A stretch of DNA of 64,000 nt, taken from Gammaproteobacteria bacterium. GTDB lineage: Bacteria; Cyanobacteriota; Vampirovibrionia; Vampirovibrionales; JAJTHC01. Positions within the stretch are counted from its first letter, which is position 1; the number at the start of each line of letters is the position of its first letter. Below are positions 56,522 to 64,000 of this stretch, piece after piece. The position numbers were made by a program, and so were the translations under genes. A model generated the notes under the pieces. It worked only from the letters and a program-made list of their open reading frames with translations, made no database searches and was not told where the DNA came from. The stretch lies in the NCBI GenBank assembly GCA_040375445.1, contig JBEISK010000005.1, positions 3,546 to 67,545 on the forward strand, written 5' to 3'.

Positions 56522-56660
56522 TCTATCGAATACTATAGAGTCATGTGTTTTGACTGAAAGGCTTGTCATTTTTATGTTTTGGGTATAATGGGGGTATGTC
56601 CCCCTATTGGTGAGTTTTTCAACCTGCCAAACCTATTTAATCTAAAAAGGATGCTTCCCC

Positions 56661-58145
56661 ATGACGGCACTGAAAGAACGTAATTCCATTGAACAAACCG
56701 TAAACTCCCGCCTTACCAAAATTGTTGCCACGCTCGGGCCCGCCAGCCGTCACGCTGAAGGCATCTACAGCCTTATTTCATCAGGGGCAAACGTCTTTCG
56801 CTTTAACTATTCCCACGCTGAATACGAAGAGCTCGAAAAAGCGTATGTGAATGTCCGTAAAATCTCCAAAGAACTCGGCAAGCCTGTCGGTATTTTAAGC
56901 GATTTGCAAGGCCCTAAGTTCCGTGTTGGTTTCTTTGAAGGCACCGACGGCATACCTTTGAAAGCGGGGCAGTCTCTACGTTTTGCCTACAGCGAAAAGA
57001 ACGACGGGGGCAATGAAGACTTAATCGTCTGTAATGTCAAACCCATGTTTGAAGCCTTTGAAATCGGCAACACAGTTTTGTTCGACGACGGCAACATCCA
57101 AATGAAAGTAAGCTCTCGTGTAAGTTCCACCGAAGTCATCGTAGAAGTCTTGACAGATGGCACCTTAAAGCAACGTAAAGGCATCAACGTGCCTGAAATC
57201 ACCATTCCTGTGGCGGCTTTGTCCGACAAAGACAAAACCGATTGTTTGTTTGCCTTAAAGCAAGGCACCGATTTTATGGCCCTTTCCTTTGTACAACGCC
57301 CTGAAGATGTCATTGAATTGCGGGATTTCATGCTCGCTAACGGATGCACACCTTCCAATATCCCCAAAATCATCGTCAAAATCGAAAAGCCTCAAGCGGT
57401 TGAGCGTTTGGATGACATCCTCGCTGAAGCGGATGGTGTCATGGTCGCTCGTGGAGACTTGGGTGTGGAATTACCTGCCGAACAAGTCCCTGCGGCTCAA
57501 AAAATGATGATCCGTAAATGTATTGAAGCAGGCAAGCCTGTTATTACCGCCACGCAAATGTTGGAATCTATGACCTCTGCCCCTGTGCCAACTCGTGCGG
57601 AAGTCTCTGATATTGCCAACGCTGTTTATGACGGTAGTGATGCCACAATGCTTTCGGGCGAATCCGCTTATGGCGACTACCCCACGGAATCCGTCCAAGT
57701 CATGGCAAAAGTGCAAGCCGAAGCTCGCAAGCATTACGGCGAGTTTACTAGCTTTGACAGCCTTTGCTATGAAGAATACCCTGAATCTGTATCGCCTGAA
57801 ATTGTGGCTCGTGCAGCTGTTGATGCCACTTGGGCCGGTGAAATTGAAGCCATTGTGGTCATGAGTTATTCAGGTGCCATGGCTCAACGTGTGTCCAAAT
57901 ATCGCCCTGAAGTGCCGATTATCGCCTTGACGCCAAATGAATCCGTTTTCTATCAATTGACCTTGCTTTACGCCGTTTTACCTGTTCAATTTAACGCATC
58001 TGAAACCACGGAAGCCACCCTTGCAAGTATTCGTACTTGGTTGCTTGAAAAAGGCTTGGTCTCTTCAGGAGCCAACATAGTGGTCTGTGCAGGGACGACT
58101 GAATTAGCGGGATTAAGCAACAGCCTCTTGATCACCAAAGTATAA
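56661..58145 (+). CDS. pyk: Pyruvate kinase
   Basis: TKIVATLGPAS, DLQGPKFR, IVKIEK, MVARGDLGVE, ATQMLESM, PTRAEVSD, MLSGESA. Confidence 0.98.
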   Translation: MTALKERNSIEQTVNSRLTKIVATLGPASRHAEGIYSLISSGANVFRFNYSHAEYEELEKAYVNVRKISKELGKPVGILSDLQGPKFRVGFFEGTDGIPLKAGQSLRFAYSEKNDGGNEDLIVCNVKPMFEAFEIGNTVLFDDGNIQMKVSSRVSSTEVIVEVLTDGTLKQRKGINVPEITIPVAALSDKDKTDCLFALKQGTDFMALSFVQRPEDVIELRDFMLANGCTPSNIPKIIVKIEKPQAVERLDDILAEADGVMVARGDLGVELPAEQVPAAQKMMIRKCIEAGKPVITATQMLESMTSAPVPTRAEVSDIANAVYDGSDATMLSGESAYGDYPTESVQVMAKVQAEARKHYGEFTSFDSLCYEEYPESVSPEIVARAAVDATWAGEIEAIVVMSYSGAMAQRVSKYRPEVPIIALTPNESVFYQLTLLYAVLPVQFNASETTEATLASIRTWLLEKGLVSSGANIVVCAGTTELAGLSNSLLITKV

Positions 58146-58191
58146 GAAACCCCCTGTTTAAAAGACTTATAGTTTAGAGGAGTTTTCGTCC

Positions 58192-59493
58192 ATGAACGCC
58201 ACGTCTTCAACGAATACAACGAATGTCTTCACATTTACTTTGCCGGATATTGGTGAGGGAGTAGCTGAAGGCGAGATTATGGCATGGTTTGCGGAAGAAG
58301 GGCAAGCCCTTCAAGAAGATCAAGCCCTCTTAGAAGTGATGACCGATAAAGTCACGGTCGAAATACCTGCACCTCGGGCGGGGATTTTACATAAAAAATA
58401 CGTCCAAGTCGGTGATGTCGTGCCTGTTGGCAAAGCCTTGGTTGATATTCATTTTGGGGATGCCCCAGCGGAGGCCCCCTTCTCAAAAAGCCTCGAAAAA
58501 AAACCCGACGTTTCAACCTCAAGCATTGCTCCAGTACAAATGCCCCCTCAAACGCCAAAAGAGAAGTCAATAGTGGAGCCTCCCCCTCAAACGACTTGTG
58601 CATTAACTCACGCCGTGTTAGCCGCACCTGCCACACGCCAACTTGCCAAGCGTTTAAATGTGGATATTCACACCGTAGTAGGAACAGGGCTTCACGGACG
58701 GATTCGTCCTGAAGATGTGGAAGATCACGCACGCCGAGTCAGTGTGCCACAAGGGGCAACGTCCATTCATACCAGCATTCTACGTCAAAGCCCTTTAGAA
58801 GCAAAAGATATTCCGTATACAGGCATTCGCAAAAAAATTGGCGAACGACTTTTAGCCAGCACGAAAAACATCCCGAGCTTTGCGTATGTGGATGAAATCC
58901 GCATGGACAAGGTCGAAGCCTTACGCCAAGAACTCAAAGGCATGGCAAGTGAAGCAGGCGTGAAGCTTACGCCCTTGACCTTCGTTTTAAAAGCCGTGAC
59001 CCTTGCCTTGCAAAGCTTTCCCCAGCTTAATAGCCGTTTAAATGACGCTCAAACGATCATTCATCAGCATGCGGGCATCCACTTGGGAGTGGCGGTAGAT
59101 GCCCCCATTGGACTTGTGGTACCTGTCATTAGCAATGCCGAGCATTTACACCTATTTGAGATTGCCAAACGTGTTCAAGAACTGGGTATGCTTGCTCGAG
59201 ACGGAAAACTCAAACCTCAGCAGCTGCAAGGTGGAACTTTCACCGTTTCAAGCATCGGCAGTATCGGCGGACTATTAGGGATTCCTATTATCAACGCCCC
59301 TGAAGTGGCTATTTTAGGCGTGAATGCCTTGCGTAAGGTCGCTGTGGTCAATGAGCGAGACGAGATTGTGGTCGGCAAAGTCTTAAACCTGTCGCTTAGT
59401 GCGGATCACCGTGTCGTCGACGGAGCTGATGCCGCTCGCTTTGTCAACCTGCTGAAGTCTCTCTTAGAATCGCCCGCTCAACTGCTTTTGTAG
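58192..59493 (+). CDS. 2-oxoacid dehydrogenase E2 (dihydrolipoamide acyltransferase)
   Basis: Lipoyl domain EVMTDKV, E3-binding AAPATRQLA..GTGLHGRI, catalytic DHRVVDG. Confidence 0.95.
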   Translation: MNATSSTNTTNVFTFTLPDIGEGVAEGEIMAWFAEEGQALQEDQALLEVMTDKVTVEIPAPRAGILHKKYVQVGDVVPVGKALVDIHFGDAPAEAPFSKSLEKKPDVSTSSIAPVQMPPQTPKEKSIVEPPPQTTCALTHAVLAAPATRQLAKRLNVDIHTVVGTGLHGRIRPEDVEDHARRVSVPQGATSIHTSILRQSPLEAKDIPYTGIRKKIGERLLASTKNIPSFAYVDEIRMDKVEALRQELKGMASEAGVKLTPLTFVLKAVTLALQSFPQLNSRLNDAQTIIHQHAGIHLGVAVDAPIGLVVPVISNAEHLHLFEIAKRVQELGMLARDGKLKPQQLQGGTFTVSSIGSIGGLLGIPIINAPEVAILGVNALRKVAVVNERDEIVVGKVLNLSLSADHRVVDGADAARFVNLLKSLLESPAQLLL

Positions 59494-59621
59494 GGAACTA
59501 GCTTAAGCACCTCTTAAAATGCTTGCCTTTTAAGCATTACTATATTAAAATGCACTCAATGTTATGCTTTTACAGGCGAAACTTATTACTTGAACCCCTG
59601 ATCAATTGAGGACACTTTTTT

Positions 59622-60248
59622 ATGAAAACGGCTTCGTTCAATGCGTTTACTAGTTCACCTATGGCGATGCAACACCCTTTGGCAAAGAATCAAAAAGCGT
59701 TGGGGCAATCCCAGCGTGAAGGTTTCAGTATTTTAATCCCCTTAAGTCCTTCAGAAGTAGCGGCAAAAAACTCATTAAATTATTCAGCTTTGAAACCTAT
59801 AGACTTGAAAAACATACTCCGTGTTCCTCCTGAAGAAGGTATCACTTTTACGGATGCTGCTAAGAATGATTCTAGCTATAACAGAAGAATACTTAACTCA
59901 ACCGAAGCATCGAAGTTGTCTTTACGGAATCTAAGTTATGTATTGAATCCATACGGCTTGGACATTGGTATTGTTATAAATCCAGATAGATTGGTACGCC
60001 CTAGGTTTACGGCGCTAATCACCCCAAAACAAATGAAAGGAGAAAGATCTAGGCTTGTAATCCCAGTTCTCGGAATCAAAGATCCGATTCAGGTAGGAAC
60101 AAAATTCACTTTAGCTAAAGATGCAGCAACATCCATCATAGATGAAGTTATAAGGGTATTTTCGGAGAAAGAACTAAAAATTATAAAGGAAAGGCTTATA
60201 GGACAAAGGGGTCCCCTTAACGCACTTATTTCAGGCTTATCCATTTAA
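59622..60248 (+). CDS. Hypothetical protein
   Basis: 208-aa AT-rich ORF with GAGGA RBS; no family recognised. Confidence 0.7.
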   Translation: MKTASFNAFTSSPMAMQHPLAKNQKALGQSQREGFSILIPLSPSEVAAKNSLNYSALKPIDLKNILRVPPEEGITFTDAAKNDSSYNRRILNSTEASKLSLRNLSYVLNPYGLDIGIVINPDRLVRPRFTALITPKQMKGERSRLVIPVLGIKDPIQVGTKFTLAKDAATSIIDEVIRVFSEKELKIIKERLIGQRGPLNALISGLSI

Positions 60249-60296
60249 TAAGTCCTAGACATTATTAATTTTTCTACCCACGAAAGTCCTATTTCT

Positions 60297-60375
60297 GTCA
60301 TTGCGAGCGTAGATTGGCAATCTGTCAAGACCTCACAGGTGGGGGAAGAGATTACTTTGTTTCACTCGCCATGAC
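60297..60375. repeat. GTCATTGC-type inverted repeat element (family D)
   Basis: gtcattgcgagcgtag..ggcaatc ... gattac..ctcgccatgac between convergent genes. Confidence 0.6.
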
Positions 60376-60422
60376 GCTGGATTATTTTGGATAAATTTCC
60401 CAGAGCTTTCTATAAGATTTTG

Positions 60423-61352
60423 TCAATCCACCTTCAGAATATCAATATCTTGCGACGCCAAAGCAGGCAAATGCGTCTTTAAATAAGCGTTTAAGGTCTC
60501 CACTCGACCCGTCGCCAATAAGCGGACAAGATCCTTCCCCTGCCCTTCAATACCAAGAGATTGACGCTCATAAGCGATCCCTAAACGCTCGGCAATCACC
60601 AAAACCAACGCTTCACTCGGATCTATAAAAATCGTCTTGGGCATATACCTGCGTAAATCGGCTTTCAAACCCAAGTAATGGGTACAACCAATAATCAAGG
60701 CTTCTGGCGGATCCTCTTCAAACAAAGACGCATAACGATGCAATAAAACCTCTACCGATTCGACCTCAGGGTTACCTTCTACCGCTTGAGCCAACCCTGC
60801 ACAGGAAGCGCTCTGCCAGCTAAGTTGAGGGTAAGACGCATCAGCATATAAGCGTTTTGCTAAGGCAGGGTATGCCCCACTATTGACGGTAAGGGGCGTT
60901 GCCATGAGTCCCACATGGGCATAATGTTGCTCTGCCCCTAAGCTGGCAATCAGTTCACGCATCAACAACGACAAGGTGGGTCGCAGAATATCAATGACGC
61001 GATCAGGACGAATCCCATGCTGGGCAAAGACTTCAGGTGAAATACTTTCCCACACGGCAGATGCCGTATTACAGGCAAATAAAATATAGCTATTGTCACA
61101 ATGACGGGTCAATAAAGTGCCGACCAAGAGCAGGAGCCTCTCTCTTAAAAGGGCGGGATCTTTATCGCCATAGGGCATCCACGCCGAATCGGCGACAAAA
61201 CTAATGGGGCACCCTAAATTGGCAGACCACAATGTTTTAAGAACGTTTAAGCCCCCCACGCCTGAATCAAAAACAATCAAATGAGCAGGACGAGGGCTCA
61301 ACCACTTTAAAGACGCATCATCTTGAAGAAGAGAAAGAAGGGATTTAGGCAT
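60423..61352 (-). CDS. murI: Glutamate racemase
   Basis: FDSGVGG, MPYGDK, ACNTAS, GCTHY. Confidence 0.93.
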   Translation of the reverse strand: MPKSLLSLLQDDASLKWLSPRPAHLIVFDSGVGGLNVLKTLWSANLGCPISFVADSAWMPYGDKDPALLRERLLLLVGTLLTRHCDNSYILFACNTASAVWESISPEVFAQHGIRPDRVIDILRPTLSLLMRELIASLGAEQHYAHVGLMATPLTVNSGAYPALAKRLYADASYPQLSWQSASCAGLAQAVEGNPEVESVEVLLHRYASLFEEDPPEALIIGCTHYLGLKADLRRYMPKTIFIDPSEALVLVIAERLGIAYERQSLGIEGQGKDLVRLLATGRVETLNAYLKTHLPALASQDIDILKVD

Positions 61353-61358
61353 ACTGGT

Positions 61359-63323
61359 TTACCGCCCGTTTCGCTTGAAGTAGGCATCCACCCCATCGGC
61401 GATCGCTTTGGCTTGCTGGCGTTGACGAAGCTCCGTATTCAGAACCTTCAGCTCATTAGCATTTGAAACATAGCCCAATTCACATAAAATGCTTGGCACC
61501 TTAACGTGATTAATCACATAAAACTGATTCTTTCTCACCCCACGATCCAGCACCGCCAAAGACTGCACCTGCTTGGCATGCACCGCTTGAGCCAAACTCA
61601 AGCTAAAGCCATGATAGTAATACGTTTCAAGCCCATAAATCGCTGAACTATTGCTGGAATTATGATGCACACTAATAAAAATGGTGGGATTATAACTGGC
61701 AGCCACCTGCGTAATTTCTTTCAGACTCAAGAAGGCATCCGTGCTACGGGTCATGTAAACAAGGTAGCCTCGAGCTTGTAATTCGTTGCGTAACTTCAGT
61801 GCGACACTTAAATTCAAGTTTTTTTCCATAATCCCGTCACGCATGGCACCCGCATCTTTACCGCCATGCCCTGCATCAATCACAATCACCTTTCGAGCGT
61901 TATTCGAGGGACGGATCGGCGTATTCATTCGAGAAGGGTTCACTAAATTAAAGCTGAGCTCTAAGGCATTTAAACTCGTAAAGGGCGTGCTTCTCAAATC
62001 TTCAAACGGCTTATTCAATTCCACCAACAAACGACTGCCTTGAGCCGACTGCATATGACTCAAGCTTTTCAAATACGGGAAATGGGACACATCAAAACCC
62101 ATCGGTTCAGGAGGCGCCGTGACATTCAACAAGTCCACACTAAAGCGAGTCGGACTTTCCTTCACCACCTTGTACTGAATAGGGCGTTGCGATTCCAAAC
62201 GAAACTTAACTGGCGTATTCGGGGATTCATTTGAAATATACAGTTGCTTTAAGGCACTCATGACCTTGGGCTGGGTGAGTCTAACCTTGTCCCAAAACGG
62301 GTTCTTGGATTGAGACGGTTGAATAATCACACTATTTTTAAAGGCGTTGTCTTGGCCTTGCAGCACCGTAAAATTACGAGGCTCTTCCGTCTCAATAACG
62401 ACTCTCACCACATTCGGGGTATTTTGAGACACCCTCACAGACCAGCCCTGCCACTGAGTCACACCAGAAGTTGGGTATGCCCCTTTGGCATCAGGTTCAC
62501 TTGAAAAGAGTTTGGGCGAAATCGCCGCAGGTTCCAGATCCAAAACAAAGCGATGGGGATTTTCCAAGTAAAACTCATTTTTAACCTTAAGGGGAAGACT
62601 ATTGAGTGAAGGCTTTAGCATGAAGAATTGATCTTCAATTTCAATGAGTTCAATGGTCGTTCGGCTTTCAACAGGCTTCGTTGGAGAGACAGGGGTAGAT
62701 GAGCCATCACTGGCATTTGAAGGCACTGGCGAACTGGCATAGGTTGGACTTTTCGTATTTTCAATAACCCCACCACCATGCCTAGATTCGCTCCGCACGA
62801 TGTTAGACGCTCCACTCAAAGGGTTCGGAATGAGGAGACGTCCGTTACTGAGGCTTACCAAGTTTAATGCCGTTAACGTCGTGCCTGCCTTATAGGTGAG
62901 TACGACACGGGCTAAATCAATCAGACTACCGCCATGTTGAAGCAATTCCACTTTTTCAATGCCTTGCATGCCAACAGCGTAGCCTGAAGGCAAGTCATTT
63001 TTTAACTTAGCAAAGGGGAAGTCAATAATCAGTTGATTCTTGGGGATATCCAACTTCAAGAGGTATCGGGGGGAGGAACCTTCAGGCGTATTTTCGAACA
63101 AGCGTTCAGGCAAAAGGAAAAAGCCCTTTTCATCAATGTCAAAGGGTTGAGAGTCGATATTCGATTGAATCGACACAAGCGAAAATGCCACTGGTTTTGG
63201 GGATAGCGGTAAACCTGATTCCGCCCAAGTGAAAAGCGGATTCAGAAGTCCCCCTACAAGGAGGAGGGAAAAGAGATTAAAAATCGTATAAGTTCGCCAC
63301 AAACGCACTAAGCAAAACCTCAT
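61359..63323 (-). CDS. N-acetylmuramoyl-L-alanine amidase (Amidase_3) with AMIN-like domains
   Basis: Signal peptide; LENPHRFVLDL and RVSQN..VRVVIE AMIN; VIDAGHGGKD, EKNLNL, FISVHHNS, SILCELGY. Confidence 0.93.
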   Translation of the reverse strand: MRFCLVRLWRTYTIFNLFSLLLVGGLLNPLFTWAESGLPLSPKPVAFSLVSIQSNIDSQPFDIDEKGFFLLPERLFENTPEGSSPRYLLKLDIPKNQLIIDFPFAKLKNDLPSGYAVGMQGIEKVELLQHGGSLIDLARVVLTYKAGTTLTALNLVSLSNGRLLIPNPLSGASNIVRSESRHGGGVIENTKSPTYASSPVPSNASDGSSTPVSPTKPVESRTTIELIEIEDQFFMLKPSLNSLPLKVKNEFYLENPHRFVLDLEPAAISPKLFSSEPDAKGAYPTSGVTQWQGWSVRVSQNTPNVVRVVIETEEPRNFTVLQGQDNAFKNSVIIQPSQSKNPFWDKVRLTQPKVMSALKQLYISNESPNTPVKFRLESQRPIQYKVVKESPTRFSVDLLNVTAPPEPMGFDVSHFPYLKSLSHMQSAQGSRLLVELNKPFEDLRSTPFTSLNALELSFNLVNPSRMNTPIRPSNNARKVIVIDAGHGGKDAGAMRDGIMEKNLNLSVALKLRNELQARGYLVYMTRSTDAFLSLKEITQVAASYNPTIFISVHHNSSNSSAIYGLETYYYHGFSLSLAQAVHAKQVQSLAVLDRGVRKNQFYVINHVKVPSILCELGYVSNANELKVLNTELRQRQQAKAIADGVDAYFKRNGR

Positions 63324-63402
63324 TTATGCTAGATTTAATACTAACATAAGTACACCATTTTCGCATCGGTCTGTATTTTTTGTTTCAGGATTTCACGGCC
63401 AC

Positions 63403-63432
63403 AAAAAAGCCCTCCGTGTAGAAGGGCTTTTT
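63403..63432 (-). terminator. Intrinsic terminator after rpsI
   Basis: aaaaaagccct-ccgtgtaga-agggcttttt. Confidence 0.75.
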
Positions 63433-63437
63433 GAAGC

Positions 63438-63839
63438 TTAACGCTTGGAGTATTGAGGTTTCTTACGAGCTTTGTGAAGTCCGTATTTCTTACGCTCTTT
63501 TACACGAGCGTCACGAGTTAAGAAGCCTTCGACACGCATCAAACGAGCGTAATCAGGGTTAAGTTCAGCTAAAGCACGTGCCACACCCAAGCGAATCGCT
63601 TGAGATTGACCGACTTTTCCGCCACCTTCTACCTTACACAACACCGTGTATTGAGATTCTACACCAGCAGAAACCAAGGCTTGCTTGACTGAAACATGCA
63701 AAGACGCACGGTTTCCAAGATACTCTTCAACACTTTTTCCGTTGATGAGGATCGTACCTGTACCAGGCAATAAACGCACACGAGCAATCGCTGATTTACG
63801 GCGACCTGTACCACGTTGTCCAACTTGGGGATAAGACAT
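63438..63839 (-). CDS. rpsI: 30S ribosomal protein S9
   Basis: GTGRRKSAIARV, GGGKVGQ, LTRDARVKERKKYGLHKARKKPQYSKR. Confidence 0.98.
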   Translation of the reverse strand: MSYPQVGQRGTGRRKSAIARVRLLPGTGTILINGKSVEEYLGNRASLHVSVKQALVSAGVESQYTVLCKVEGGGKVGQSQAIRLGVARALAELNPDYARLMRVEGFLTRDARVKERKKYGLHKARKKPQYSKR

Positions 63840-63887
63840 ATAACGTCTCCTAAATTAATCCTTGTAAACAAATAAATCTTGCAAAGC

Positions 63888-64000
63888 CTATTGGGGGAAT
63901 ACTTTAGGCTGTTGAGCTTCATGCGGATGTTCAGCACCCACATAAACGTGAAGTTTCTTAATTTGCTGACGACCTAAACGGTTGTGAGGCAACATGCCAC
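63888..64000 (-). CDS. rplM: 50S ribosomal protein L13, C-terminal part (truncated by window)
   Basis: Manual translation [36 protein letters not shown]; upstream of rpsI; not in ORF track. Confidence 0.95.
   Translation of the reverse strand, partial: GMLPHNRLGRQQIKKLHVYVGAEHPHEAQQPKVFPQ

Noticed and set aside
63659-63943. Tracked 94-aa ORF
   Set aside because: Wrong frame; the region is explained by the rplM 3' end and rpsI.
1-64000. tRNA, rRNA, riboswitch or transposase genes
   Set aside because: None recognisable by eye; a covariance-model scan would be needed to exclude small RNAs.

Overview
Chromosomal window from a diderm, apparently non-photosynthetic bacterium. The SLH-anchored cyanobacterial-type porin, Firmicutes-like flagellar genes and absence of photosynthesis genes suggest Melainabacteria/Vampirovibrionia; this is an inference. 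It carries about 55 CDSs, mostly housekeeping (surE, uvrC, panC, cdd, ispG, rqcH, rpiB, aroC, minDE, ychF, hpf, rpe, queD, folB, fabZ, rlmN, ruvC, pyk, murI, rpsI, rplM), interspersed with orphans and several families of palindromic intergenic repeats. Main highlights: (1) Type III export genes split over two loci (fliO-P-Q-R; fliF-[FliG remnant]-fliH-flhA) carry a mix of flagellar and injectisome-like motifs, a candidate flagellum-derived secretion system. (2) Four dispersed signal-peptide-less orphans share an S/P/T-rich N-terminus ending in R-[QDE]-G. Two of them have pentanucleotide SSRs just after the start codon that set the reading frame (candidate phase-variable effectors). (3) GH108 and M23 cell-wall hydrolases with disordered leaders instead of signal peptides, plus a membrane-anchored GH8. 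(4) A 22-bp iteron-like array and a ~220-bp repeated element with compensatory base-pair changes. No rRNA, tRNA, CRISPR array or transposase was recognised. All family assignments come from motif recognition by eye, not from database searches.
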